From Promethearchaeota archaeon (GTDB lineage: Archaea > Asgardarchaeota > Lokiarchaeia > Sigyniarchaeales > SOKP01), in assembly GCA_048940925.1 (NCBI GenBank), contig JBHLOC010000007.1, positions 32,001-96,000 on the forward strand: a DNA stretch of 64,000 bases, given 5' to 3'. Position numbers and translations under genes: made by a program. This document shows, one piece after another, positions 48,888-58,547 of this stretch (position 1 is the first letter of the stretch; the number at the start of each line of letters is the position of its first letter). The notes beneath the pieces were generated by a model. The model did not search any database. It was not told the DNA's origin and was given only the letters and a program-made list of their open reading frames with translations.

Positions 48888-51875
48888 ATGGTAATATTAT
48901 TGCTTAAGAATAAAAAAAAGAATTTAACACTCTTATTTAGTTTTTTTATCCTATTCATTATCATCAATCTTAACAGCCGTTATAATAATTTCAATATACC
49001 TGTTAATAAAAATTTTGAAACCGATAAAAGAACTAATTTGAAAGAGCTTAAGACATCAACGATCTATTATGAAATTACAATTAACGATCTTCTAACATCT
49101 AATACTACAAATATGGGTAATTGGACCTGGGCAAGAACTCAACCTTGGTGTACTCAAGGATCAGGAACTTCAGAAGACCCTTATGTAATTGAAAACAGCA
49201 CATTTACAAATTCTTCATTATATGGTGCAGGTCTTAGTATTTATAATTCAAGAAGATATTTTATTATCAGAAATTGTACATTTAAAGATGCGCCTTTTGG
49301 TATTCATCTTTGGTATGCCACAAATGGGACAATTATTAAAAATAAAATGCATAACAACTGGGAAGGTATATGGGCAATTAGAAGTGATCAGAATATTATA
49401 TCAGAAAATAATGTAACCAACAATGGTATTGGCATTCGAATGTGGATGGGATGTGATAATATCAATATCACTAAAAATATCGTATCAGAAAGCAGTTATC
49501 TTGGAATTTATGTGGATTATGGCCACAATTGTCTTATTTCAGAAAATATAGTAAATGACAATAAAGCTAATATGGGGATTGGTTTATATAATTATAGTTC
49601 TAATAATTTGGTTGTAGATAACACTTTAGAGCGAAATGTAGATGGAATTAATATAGGCTGGGCTTATAATACTACGATTGCTAACAATATTTTGAATGAA
49701 AATAATCATACTGGACTTTATATGAAATTGAGTAAAAATATCACAATTTTAGGTAACATTTTAGAGGATAATAATGTTAGTGGAATTATTTTGGAAAGTG
49801 GTAACAATAACACAATTACAGGAAATGTAATAGAACGTAATAACATCAGTGGAATTGAGACTATGGGTGGGTTTAATTTTAACCATATCTATGAGAACTA
49901 CTTTATCATGAATGGAAAACATGCAATTGAGAAAGGATCGAATAATGACTGGAATAGCACTACAATTGGTAATTATTGGGATAATTATACAGGTTTAGAT
50001 CCAGATCAGGATGGAATTGGTAATATCCCTTATAATATTAGTTTATCGCCTTTAATCCAAGACCATTTACCAATTGTAGACAATGAACCGCCATTTATAA
50101 GAATTGATTCCCCAAAGCCTGGTGATAAATTTAGTTTTAATGCCCCAAGGTTTAGTGTTTCTATAATTGGTGAAGATCCTTATTCTATGTGGTATACTTT
50201 GGATGGAGGGTTAAACAACTACACATTCACGGAAAATGGTAAAATAGATCAAACAGCTTGGGATGCTCTACCCTCAAGTACAATTACTCTTAAATTTTAT
50301 GCGCGTGATAAACCATGTAATATTGGGACTTCAGAGGTTTCTATAATAAAGGACATCGAAGTTCCAAACATAATAATTAATTCACCGAGTTCTAATGAAA
50401 TTTATGGTAATAAAGCACCAAATTTCAAAATTTCCATTGATGATCCAAATTTGGATTCTATCTGGTATACTTTAGACAACAATCTAATGATTCTAACTTA
50501 TGAAAAGAATGGTACAATTAGTCAAAATATATGGAATGGATTTGGAAATGGAACTGTTACTATCAAATTTTATGCAAATGATACTCTCGGAAATTTAGGT
50601 ACAGCAGATATTAATATAAGAAAAGACATAATTTCACCCATAATAACAATTAAAAACATTGAGGAAAATCAACGATTTGGTAAGAAGCCTCCATCTTTTA
50701 ATGTCTCTATAAATGAACCAAATTTAAACCTAACATGGTATTCAATATATAATGGTACTCAATGGTCTCAAGAGATCATTTTTACAGAACTAATAGGCAA
50801 TATCGATAAAGTATTATGGAAATCATTACCTAAAGGAAATGTAACAATTAGGTTTTACGCTAGCGACTTAGCAGGGAATATTGGGTTTGAAGAGATCTTA
50901 TTCATTAAAAGCTATAAAGAAATCCTCTCTCCAACTGGAGTAGTTATTTTAATCACTGTCATTGCTATTAGTTCTACAGTGGTAATAAGTGGCACGATTG
51001 TATGGAAAAAGAAAAAATTCTCAAGGAAATTAAAAGAAGGAGGAAAAATAGAAGATAAAAAGATACCTAAAATTAAAAACATAGTCCAAAAAAGAATGAT
51101 ATTAATTGATAACTTAATCCAAGAACAAAAATTAAAGGAGGCGATTAAACATTTAAATCAGATTAGAGAGATAGCCCAAATTTATGGATTAAAATACTTA
51201 TTGGCGAATATCCAAGAAAAGTTAGACGAGTGTAAAAAAATAGAATTAGATACAATTAATTCAATTAAAAAAGCAATAAACGATCTAGGAAGGAAAAATC
51301 TTCGCTTTCAAATTGTAGAAATTAGTAAAAAAAGTGGTGTTAAAGATGAGAAGATAATAGAAGACATAATTCATGAGATGATTAAAAATAAAGAAATTTC
51401 TGCTAAATATTATCCAAAGTCTGACACAATCGTATTAAGTCTAATGTTATTTCCTGTATTAAAGCTTAAAGAAATGAAGGAAATCAACTTGTTTTTAAGT
51501 TATTCAACCCTAGATTCAGAATACTTTCAGATACCCAAAATTGTTAGATATTTAGAAGAATATCCTGAAATTGGTAGGGTCATGTTTTGGGAAGCTGATA
51601 GTAAAGCAAATATAGTAGAATATATGGAAAAGACTTTGAGAATTACAAATGTGTTTGTATTGTTTTGTTCTGAAAATTCAATGAAGTCTGCTTCTGTAGA
51701 AGGAGAATGGCACGCAGCCTATCAAATGAACAAGGAAGGACTTCTAAAAGTTATATCTGTTTATGAAGATAAAGACCATATTCCAAGGTTATTATGGCCT
51801 TTATCAAATGTTAAATACTTAAAGGAAGATTTTCATGAATTTATTCAAACTCTTTTTAGAGTAATTATGGAATAA
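48888..51875 (+). CDS. Single-pass receptor-like protein: NosD beta-helix, 3 Ig-like repeats, TM, PCI-like domain, TIR
   Basis: Signal; GSGT..DPY.IEN; GI.....NN.I..N repeats; GNYWD; three WY[TS]-containing Ig-like repeats; TM; LFLSYST...SASVEGEWHAA. Confidence 0.88.
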   Translation: MVILLLKNKKKNLTLLFSFFILFIIINLNSRYNNFNIPVNKNFETDKRTNLKELKTSTIYYEITINDLLTSNTTNMGNWTWARTQPWCTQGSGTSEDPYVIENSTFTNSSLYGAGLSIYNSRRYFIIRNCTFKDAPFGIHLWYATNGTIIKNKMHNNWEGIWAIRSDQNIISENNVTNNGIGIRMWMGCDNINITKNIVSESSYLGIYVDYGHNCLISENIVNDNKANMGIGLYNYSSNNLVVDNTLERNVDGINIGWAYNTTIANNILNENNHTGLYMKLSKNITILGNILEDNNVSGIILESGNNNTITGNVIERNNISGIETMGGFNFNHIYENYFIMNGKHAIEKGSNNDWNSTTIGNYWDNYTGLDPDQDGIGNIPYNISLSPLIQDHLPIVDNEPPFIRIDSPKPGDKFSFNAPRFSVSIIGEDPYSMWYTLDGGLNNYTFTENGKIDQTAWDALPSSTITLKFYARDKPCNIGTSEVSIIKDIEVPNIIINSPSSNEIYGNKAPNFKISIDDPNLDSIWYTLDNNLMILTYEKNGTISQNIWNGFGNGTVTIKFYANDTLGNLGTADINIRKDIISPIITIKNIEENQRFGKKPPSFNVSINEPNLNLTWYSIYNGTQWSQEIIFTELIGNIDKVLWKSLPKGNVTIRFYASDLAGNIGFEEILFIKSYKEILSPTGVVILITVIAISSTVVISGTIVWKKKKFSRKLKEGGKIEDKKIPKIKNIVQKRMILIDNLIQEQKLKEAIKHLNQIREIAQIYGLKYLLANIQEKLDECKKIELDTINSIKKAINDLGRKNLRFQIVEISKKSGVKDEKIIEDIIHEMIKNKEISAKYYPKSDTIVLSLMLFPVLKLKEMKEINLFLSYSTLDSEYFQIPKIVRYLEEYPEIGRVMFWEADSKANIVEYMEKTLRITNVFVLFCSENSMKSASVEGEWHAAYQMNKEGLLKVISVYEDKDHIPRLLWPLSNVKYLKEDFHEFIQTLFRVIME

Positions 51876-52038
51876 ATCCATTTAATTATAAACATAAATA
51901 TATTAATTTCAGTATCTTAATCTAGATTTAGATAGTATTGATCAATGTGAAATCTCAAGAAAGTTAAATGTCTGTTTTTATTCTTATTAATTCAATTTCA
52001 TACGAAATTATATGGCATTATGAAGGTAGAATAACAAT

Positions 52039-54999
52039 ATGATAAAAAGAAATAGATATTGTCTTGTTTTACTTTTTCTAATAGTTATATTTAATATTAT
52101 TCCATTGATTAGATTCAATTTCAATGAACCTAATAAAAAAATTATTATTACTGATGAGGATTTTCATGCTAAAATCAATTCTGTAAAAACATCAAATCCA
52201 ATAGTTTTATCGGACGGATTTGCGGGTATAGAATGGAATGATGATATTAGTCAAACTCCTTCAATCGTCATAGATACTAATGGCACTATTCATGCAGTCT
52301 GGTCAGACTTTACTAATGGTCCGTGGGGTAATGATCCTGAGATAATGTATGCAAATTATTCCTCTTCACTTGGATTATCTTATGCTACAGTCATTTCTGA
52401 TGGATATAATGGTGATTATTGGAATTCGGGTGGTAGCTATTTTCCAGATATTGCTATCGATAATTATGGAAATATTCATGTTGTTTGGTATGATGATACT
52501 GATGGTCAATGGGGCACTGATGAAGAAATAATGTATGTGAATTACACATCTTCCGCTGGTTGGTCAAATGCCACTGTAATTTCGGATTTATATGGTGGAA
52601 GTGTATGGAATAATCGTTATAGCAGGGATCCTTCAATTGCTATAGATAATATTGGAGGAATTCATGTTGTTTGGAATGATGATACTGATGGCGAATGGGG
52701 AACTGATACAGAAATAATGTATGTAAATTATACATCTTCCACTGGCTGGTCAAATGCTTGTGTCATTTCGGATTTATATGGCCAAATTAAATGGAATAAT
52801 GATTTTAGTGAGAATCCTTCAGTTGCTGCTGATAATATTGGAGGAGTTCATGTAGTTTGGCGAGATCTCACTGATGGTCTATGGGGCACTGATCCTGAAA
52901 TAATGTATGTAAATTATACCTCTGATTCTGGTTGGTCAAACATTACTGTAATTTCGGATGGATTTGGGGATAAATATTGGAATAATGAGTGGAGTGACTA
53001 TCCTTCAATTACAACAGATAATTTTGGAGGAATTCATGTTGCTTGGCAGGATGATACTGATGGTGAATGGGGAACTGATACCGAAATAATGTATTGTAAT
53101 TATACATCCTCAAATGGATGGTCTAATGCTTCGGTTATCTCAGATTTATATGGAGGAATTGAATGGAATGATGGTTATAGTGGTACTCCTTCAATTGCTA
53201 CTGACAATATTGGAATAGTCCATGTAGCTTGGGTTGATGGAACTGCTGGTCCATGGGGAAGTGATGGGGAGATAATGTATTGTAATTATACATCTTCAAA
53301 TGGATGGTCTAATGCTACAGTAGTTTCTGACGGATTTGATGGGACATATTGGGATACAGGTGCGAGTGGTAATCCTTCAATTGCTATAGATAATGCTAGA
53401 ACTATTCATATAGTATGGCAAGATGATTTTGCATTATGGTGGGGTCCTGATTCTGATATAGTATATATTTTCATTGATAATATCGTTCCAGTTATTTCAA
53501 TAAAAAATCCTACTCCAAACCAATTTTTCGGAATAGCTCCTCCAAATTTTAGTATAGAAATTAGTGAAGATCGTTTGGATAGAATTTGGTATATTTTGAA
53601 TGATGATATAAAGACTTTTATATCTAAAAGCAATGGTACAATAAATCAAAATGTATGGGATAGAATTTATAATGGAACTATAACTATCATTTTTTATGCA
53701 AATGATACTGTAGGAAATTTAGGTTCTGCAAATGTTAAAATAAGAAAAGATTTAATTTCTCCTATAATAATAATTAACAATATTGAAACGAATCAACGGT
53801 TTGGTAAAGAATCTCCATCTTATAGCTTATCTATAAATGAACCAAACTTAAACATATCATGGTATTCAATATATAATGGTACTCATTGGTCTCAAGAGTT
53901 TATTTTTACTGAACTAGAAGGAAAAATTAATCAGTTATTATGGGATTCATTACCTAAAGGAAATGTAACGGTTAGGTTTTATGCTAATGATTTAGCGGGG
54001 AATATTGGATTTGAAGAGATCTCAATTATTAAAAGCTATAAACAAAATAAATTTCCTATTGAATTAATTGCTTTAATTTCAGTTATTGCTATTGGGTCCA
54101 CAATAGTATTAAGTGGTGTAATAGTACGAAAGAAGAAGATTTTTACTAAGATATCAAAAAAAGAAGGAAAGATTGAAGCTAAAGAGTTAATCAAAGATAA
54201 AAATTATCTCCAAAAAAGAAGGTTGTTAATAGATGATTTAATAAAAAGAAATGAATTTAAAGAGGCGATTAAAAATTTAAACCAGATTAAGGAAATAGCC
54301 CAACGTTATGGATTAAAATATCTATTGACGAATACCGAAGAAAAAATAGATGAATGTAAAAAATTAGAATTGGAAACTATTAAATCCATTAAAGAGATAA
54401 TAAAAAATTTAGGTAGGAAATATATTCGCGTACAAGTTGTAGAGATTAGCAAAAAAAGTGGCATTAAAGATGAAAAAATGATAGAAGATATAATTCATGA
54501 AATGATTCAGAAGAAAGAAATTCTTGCCAAATATTATTCTAGTTCTAAAACAATCACATTTGGCCTAATGGTAATCCCTGTATTGAAGCCAAAGTTAAAA
54601 AGGAAAAATGATGTATTTTTAAGTTATTCAACCTTAGATTCAGAATACTTTCAGATACCCAAAATTGTAAAAAGTTTAGAAGAATATCCTGAAATCGGCA
54701 GGGTTATGTTTTGGGAAGCGGATAGTCAAGCAAATATCGTAGAATATATGGAAAAAACTTTGAGAATTACGAATGTTTTTGTATTGTTATGTTCTGAAAA
54801 TTCTTTCAAGTCTGAATCGGTAAAAGGTGAATGGCAAGCAGCTTATCAGATGGATAAAGAAGGCCTTTTGAGAATTATCCCTGTTTATGAAGTTCAAGAC
54901 CACATTCCCCGGTTATTATGGCCTTTACCAAGTGTCAAATATATAAAAGATGATTTTGATATATTTATTCAAAATCTTTATAAAACAATTTTAGAATAA
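52039..54999 (+). CDS. Single-pass receptor-like protein: 7-repeat beta-propeller, 2 Ig-like repeats, TM, PCI-like domain, TIR
   Basis: Seven ~62-aa repeats VISD...WN...S..PSIA.D..G.IHVVW.DDTDG.WG.D.EIMY; TM; VFLSYST...SESVKGEWQAA. Confidence 0.88.
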   Translation: MIKRNRYCLVLLFLIVIFNIIPLIRFNFNEPNKKIIITDEDFHAKINSVKTSNPIVLSDGFAGIEWNDDISQTPSIVIDTNGTIHAVWSDFTNGPWGNDPEIMYANYSSSLGLSYATVISDGYNGDYWNSGGSYFPDIAIDNYGNIHVVWYDDTDGQWGTDEEIMYVNYTSSAGWSNATVISDLYGGSVWNNRYSRDPSIAIDNIGGIHVVWNDDTDGEWGTDTEIMYVNYTSSTGWSNACVISDLYGQIKWNNDFSENPSVAADNIGGVHVVWRDLTDGLWGTDPEIMYVNYTSDSGWSNITVISDGFGDKYWNNEWSDYPSITTDNFGGIHVAWQDDTDGEWGTDTEIMYCNYTSSNGWSNASVISDLYGGIEWNDGYSGTPSIATDNIGIVHVAWVDGTAGPWGSDGEIMYCNYTSSNGWSNATVVSDGFDGTYWDTGASGNPSIAIDNARTIHIVWQDDFALWWGPDSDIVYIFIDNIVPVISIKNPTPNQFFGIAPPNFSIEISEDRLDRIWYILNDDIKTFISKSNGTINQNVWDRIYNGTITIIFYANDTVGNLGSANVKIRKDLISPIIIINNIETNQRFGKESPSYSLSINEPNLNISWYSIYNGTHWSQEFIFTELEGKINQLLWDSLPKGNVTVRFYANDLAGNIGFEEISIIKSYKQNKFPIELIALISVIAIGSTIVLSGVIVRKKKIFTKISKKEGKIEAKELIKDKNYLQKRRLLIDDLIKRNEFKEAIKNLNQIKEIAQRYGLKYLLTNTEEKIDECKKLELETIKSIKEIIKNLGRKYIRVQVVEISKKSGIKDEKMIEDIIHEMIQKKEILAKYYSSSKTITFGLMVIPVLKPKLKRKNDVFLSYSTLDSEYFQIPKIVKSLEEYPEIGRVMFWEADSQANIVEYMEKTLRITNVFVLLCSENSFKSESVKGEWQAAYQMDKEGLLRIIPVYEVQDHIPRLLWPLPSVKYIKDDFDIFIQNLYKTILE
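52195..53470 (+). repeat. Seven intragenic ~186-bp tandem repeats encoding propeller blades
   Basis: Recurring gatgatactgatgg..tggggN and gaaataatgtat units at ~186-bp spacing; boundaries approximate. Confidence 0.85.
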
Positions 55000-55140
55000 A
55001 TCCAATTTTTTATAACAAAAGTATATAAGATTCAATATCTTAATGTTGATTTAAAAAAATTAGTATAAATGAAATCTCAAACAAATTATAGACTATTTTA
55101 ATTTGTAAACTTTCGAATTTAATTCAAATTTAGTGTTTCT

Positions 55141-58080
55141 ATGAAATTAAGTATTAAAATAGAGAAAATGAAAAGAATCACCCTTATTTTATTATCTATG
55201 ATTGTCATATTTAGCATTGTTTCATTAATCAAATTTGACACAAAAGAACCTATACACATAAAAAATGGAAATGATGATGATTTTAATATTGAATTAAGCT
55301 CTGTAAAATATACAAATGGAACAATTATTTCTGATGGGTTCAATGATGTGTATTGGAATGATCAACTAAGTAGTTCTCCTTTAATTGCTATTGATATCTA
55401 TGGAAACCTCCATGTTGTGTGGCATGATGATACTGATGGTCCATGGGGTGTTGATTCTGAAATAATGTATGCAAAATATTCAATATCAGCGGGTTGGTCT
55501 AATGTTACTGTAATTTCGGATTTGTATGGCTGGAATGATGGTGATAGTGTAAAGCCTTCAATTGCTACGGATTCAAATGGTAATGTTCATGTAGCATGGG
55601 AAGATGATACTGATGGTCCATGGGGTATTGACTCTGAAATAATGTATGCTAATTATTCTTCATCTGTTGGGTGGTCTAACCCTGTTGTAATTTCAGATTT
55701 ATATGGCGGAGTTGAATGGAATGATGGGAATAGTGGGAATTCTTCGATTGCAATAGATAATGATGGAGATATTTATGTAGTCTGGGATGATAACACAGAT
55801 ACAATATGGGGTCCCGACTCAGAAATAATGTTAGCAAAATTTTCACCTTCAATTGGTTGGTCTAACGCTAGTGTGATCTCAGATAATTTTGGGGGTCAAT
55901 CTTGGAATGATGGCTGGAGTAGAGATCCTTCAATTGCTATCGACAACGATAAAAACATTCATGTTGTATGGCAAGATGATACTGACCATGGTTCGTGGGG
56001 TACTGATACTGAAATTATGTATAGAAAATATGTTTATTCATGGTCTATGTGGACTAATGATACTGTAATATCGGATACTTGGTGGGTTCAAAGTTGGAAT
56101 GATGGTTATAGTGGAAATCCTTCAATTGCAATAGGTGAGTTTGGATTCCCACATATTGTATGGATTGATGATACTGATGGCGAATGGGGCACTGATATTG
56201 AAATAATGTATATAGCGCAACCCTATGATAATGCTACTGTAATCTCGGATGGATTTGAAAGTGTATATTGGAATGATGATTTCAGTGGTTATCCTTCAAT
56301 TACTACCGATATTGATGGAAACGTTCATGTAGTATGGTTCGATAATACTGATGGCTCGTGGGGGATTGATTCTGAAATTATGTATGTAAAATATTCTTCC
56401 TTAAGTGGGTGGTCTAATGCCACTGTAATTTCGGATGGATTTGGAGGCATATATTGGAATGATGATAATAGTAAGAATCCTTCTATTATAACAGATCAGA
56501 ATGGAAATATCCATGTAGTGTGGGAAGATGATACAAATGGAAAATGGGGTATGGATACCGAGATAATGTATATCTTTACCGATTATCCCGCTCCAGTTAT
56601 TACTATAAATAATCCAAGGTCAAATGAGATTTTTAGATCTCTAGCACCAAGCTTTAATATTACTATTAAAGAGTCAAATTTAGACACGTTTTGGTATACC
56701 CTTGATGGAGGTATAACAAATATTACGATCACAGAATTCATAGGAACGATTAATCAAATAGAGTGGGACAAGATTGGAAGATCTACTGTGGAATTAACTT
56801 TTTATGCGATTGATGTTGTGGGAAATATTGGTTTTCAATCAGTTATTATTGAAAAAGCTATTGATTATTGGCAAGTAAATCCAATTATTATTGATGACAA
56901 GGGAACTGGAGATTTCACTTGGTCTGAAGTAGCAATGCAGGGATGGTGTACCGGTTCTGGAACTTCAACAGATCCTTATATTATTGAGTTTTTAAAAATT
57001 GATGGGCAGAATGGCTATAATTGTATTGAAATTAGGCATTCTAAAGTTTTTTTCGTAATTGGAAAATGTCTTTTGTTTAATTCTGGAACAGGATCAAGAT
57101 TTGCAGGATTTAATTTATTCAATGTTTCTAATGGAATTTTGACTGATAATAATTGTTCTTATAACAATGGATACGGCACAATTATAATGAATTGCTCATA
57201 TATCACTATAACAGAAAATGAAGTGAATAATAATGAAATTGGTGGGATATATTTAGAATCTAGCCGTTTTATCAACATTTCAAATAATAAAGATACTATA
57301 AGTTACAATGGATTATATGGAATCTATTTAATATTTAGTAATGATAATACGATTACAGACAACACTATAAACTACAATCAGAATGGTATTTACTTGTATA
57401 GATCTAATGATAATACTATAATAGGAAATAAACTTATTGGGAATAAAGTACCAATTACAGAAATTGAATGTAGTGGAAATATTATTAAAGGCAATAGCAT
57501 TGGTATAAAGAAATTTCCCATTGAATTTTTAATAATAATTGGTACTCTAATAGGTATTACAATAATATCTAGTGCTATTATTTTATTGAGGAAAAAGATC
57601 TTTAAGAAATTATTTCCTAAAAAGGGTGGAATAATCAAAGAGAAAGGCAAAAGAATTTCTGTAACTAAAATTGGAGAAAAGCATAAGCTTAATGTGTTTC
57701 TAAGCTATTCTACTATAGATTCTGGATATTTTCAGATACCAAAAGTAGTACAACATTTAGAAAAGTATCCTGAAATTGACAAAGTTTCAAGCTGGGAAGC
57801 TGATAGTAAGGAAAATATAGTAGAATTTATGGGAAAAACTTTAAAGGACACTGATGTATTTGTGTTATTTTGTTCTGAAAATTCTGTTAATTCTGAATCT
57901 GTTAAAGGTGAATGGCAAGCAGCTTATCAATTGAATAAAGCTGGTCTTTTAAAAATAATTCCTGTATACGAAATTCAAGAACATATTCCTCGATTGTTAT
58001 GGCATATATTAAATGTAAAGTATTCAAAAAAAGATTTCAATGGATTTATTGAAAATCTTTATCATGAAATATTAAGATAA
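55141..58080 (+). CDS. Single-pass receptor-like protein: 7-repeat beta-propeller, Ig-like repeat, NosD beta-helix, TM, TIR
   Basis: Seven propeller repeats like those of 52039..54999; CTGSGT..DPY module; TM FLIIIGTLIGITII; VFLSYST...SESVKGEWQAA; no PCI-like insert. Confidence 0.88.
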   Translation: MKLSIKIEKMKRITLILLSMIVIFSIVSLIKFDTKEPIHIKNGNDDDFNIELSSVKYTNGTIISDGFNDVYWNDQLSSSPLIAIDIYGNLHVVWHDDTDGPWGVDSEIMYAKYSISAGWSNVTVISDLYGWNDGDSVKPSIATDSNGNVHVAWEDDTDGPWGIDSEIMYANYSSSVGWSNPVVISDLYGGVEWNDGNSGNSSIAIDNDGDIYVVWDDNTDTIWGPDSEIMLAKFSPSIGWSNASVISDNFGGQSWNDGWSRDPSIAIDNDKNIHVVWQDDTDHGSWGTDTEIMYRKYVYSWSMWTNDTVISDTWWVQSWNDGYSGNPSIAIGEFGFPHIVWIDDTDGEWGTDIEIMYIAQPYDNATVISDGFESVYWNDDFSGYPSITTDIDGNVHVVWFDNTDGSWGIDSEIMYVKYSSLSGWSNATVISDGFGGIYWNDDNSKNPSIITDQNGNIHVVWEDDTNGKWGMDTEIMYIFTDYPAPVITINNPRSNEIFRSLAPSFNITIKESNLDTFWYTLDGGITNITITEFIGTINQIEWDKIGRSTVELTFYAIDVVGNIGFQSVIIEKAIDYWQVNPIIIDDKGTGDFTWSEVAMQGWCTGSGTSTDPYIIEFLKIDGQNGYNCIEIRHSKVFFVIGKCLLFNSGTGSRFAGFNLFNVSNGILTDNNCSYNNGYGTIIMNCSYITITENEVNNNEIGGIYLESSRFINISNNKDTISYNGLYGIYLIFSNDNTITDNTINYNQNGIYLYRSNDNTIIGNKLIGNKVPITEIECSGNIIKGNSIGIKKFPIEFLIIIGTLIGITIISSAIILLRKKIFKKLFPKKGGIIKEKGKRISVTKIGEKHKLNVFLSYSTIDSGYFQIPKVVQHLEKYPEIDKVSSWEADSKENIVEFMGKTLKDTDVFVLFCSENSVNSESVKGEWQAAYQLNKAGLLKIIPVYEIQEHIPRLLWHILNVKYSKKDFNGFIENLYHEILR
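55315..56580 (+). repeat. Seven intragenic tandem repeats encoding propeller blades
   Basis: Same unit as 52195..53470 with small indels in blades 2, 4 and 5; boundaries approximate. Confidence 0.85.
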
Positions 58081-58090
58081 ATATATTTTT

Positions 58091-58258
58091 TTAATCTACA
58101 TAAGTCATTTTCATTCCGCAACATTCAGGAATAGGTTGATATCCACACTCATCAGAACAACAACAAAGCAGATAACCATCTTTTACAATCATTGATTTAT
58201 TACAGCAGGTAGGAACTTCTTTTTTAGAACCGCAAATATTACAAACTAATTCTGGAAT
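58091..58258 (-). CDS. Small Cys-rich metal-binding protein (55 aa, 10 Cys), probable non-AUG (ATT) start; below the ORF-track cutoff
   Basis: (I/M)PELVCNICGSKKEVPTCCNKSMIVKDGYLLCCCSDECGYQPIPECCGMKMTYVD*. GGTGA SD-like motif 7 nt upstream of ATT; in-frame TAA a few codons further upstream. Confidence 0.7.
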   Translation of the reverse strand: MPELVCNICGSKKEVPTCCNKSMIVKDGYLLCCCSDECGYQPIPECCGMKMTYVD

Positions 58259-58547
58259 TTTTTTATCACCTATCCTTTATAATTTAAATTTAATAAGAGA
58301 AATAGATAACAAAAATACTTCCTTTATATGATATAATCTTTTTCAATCTACTGTTTTCAATAATTAGGTAGAGCAGTGGCAAATCTTGTGAAATATTAAC
58401 AACTTTTCTTTACTGACAAGGATTATGAAATAAGGTCAAATTTTAATATAGAAGTCTTTTAAATTGTCATTTAAGATAAATATAAATAATAGAGTATATC
58501 AATAATAATAAGACGAATTCAAGAATAGTCAAAATAAAAAATGATAT

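Noticed and set aside
52195-56580. Regular DNA repeats as a possible CRISPR array or DGR template/variable repeats
   Set aside because: The units are ~186 bp, in-frame, degenerate at synonymous positions and encode propeller blades. There is no constant repeat/unique spacer pattern, no cas or reverse transcriptase gene, and no evident adenine-specific variation.
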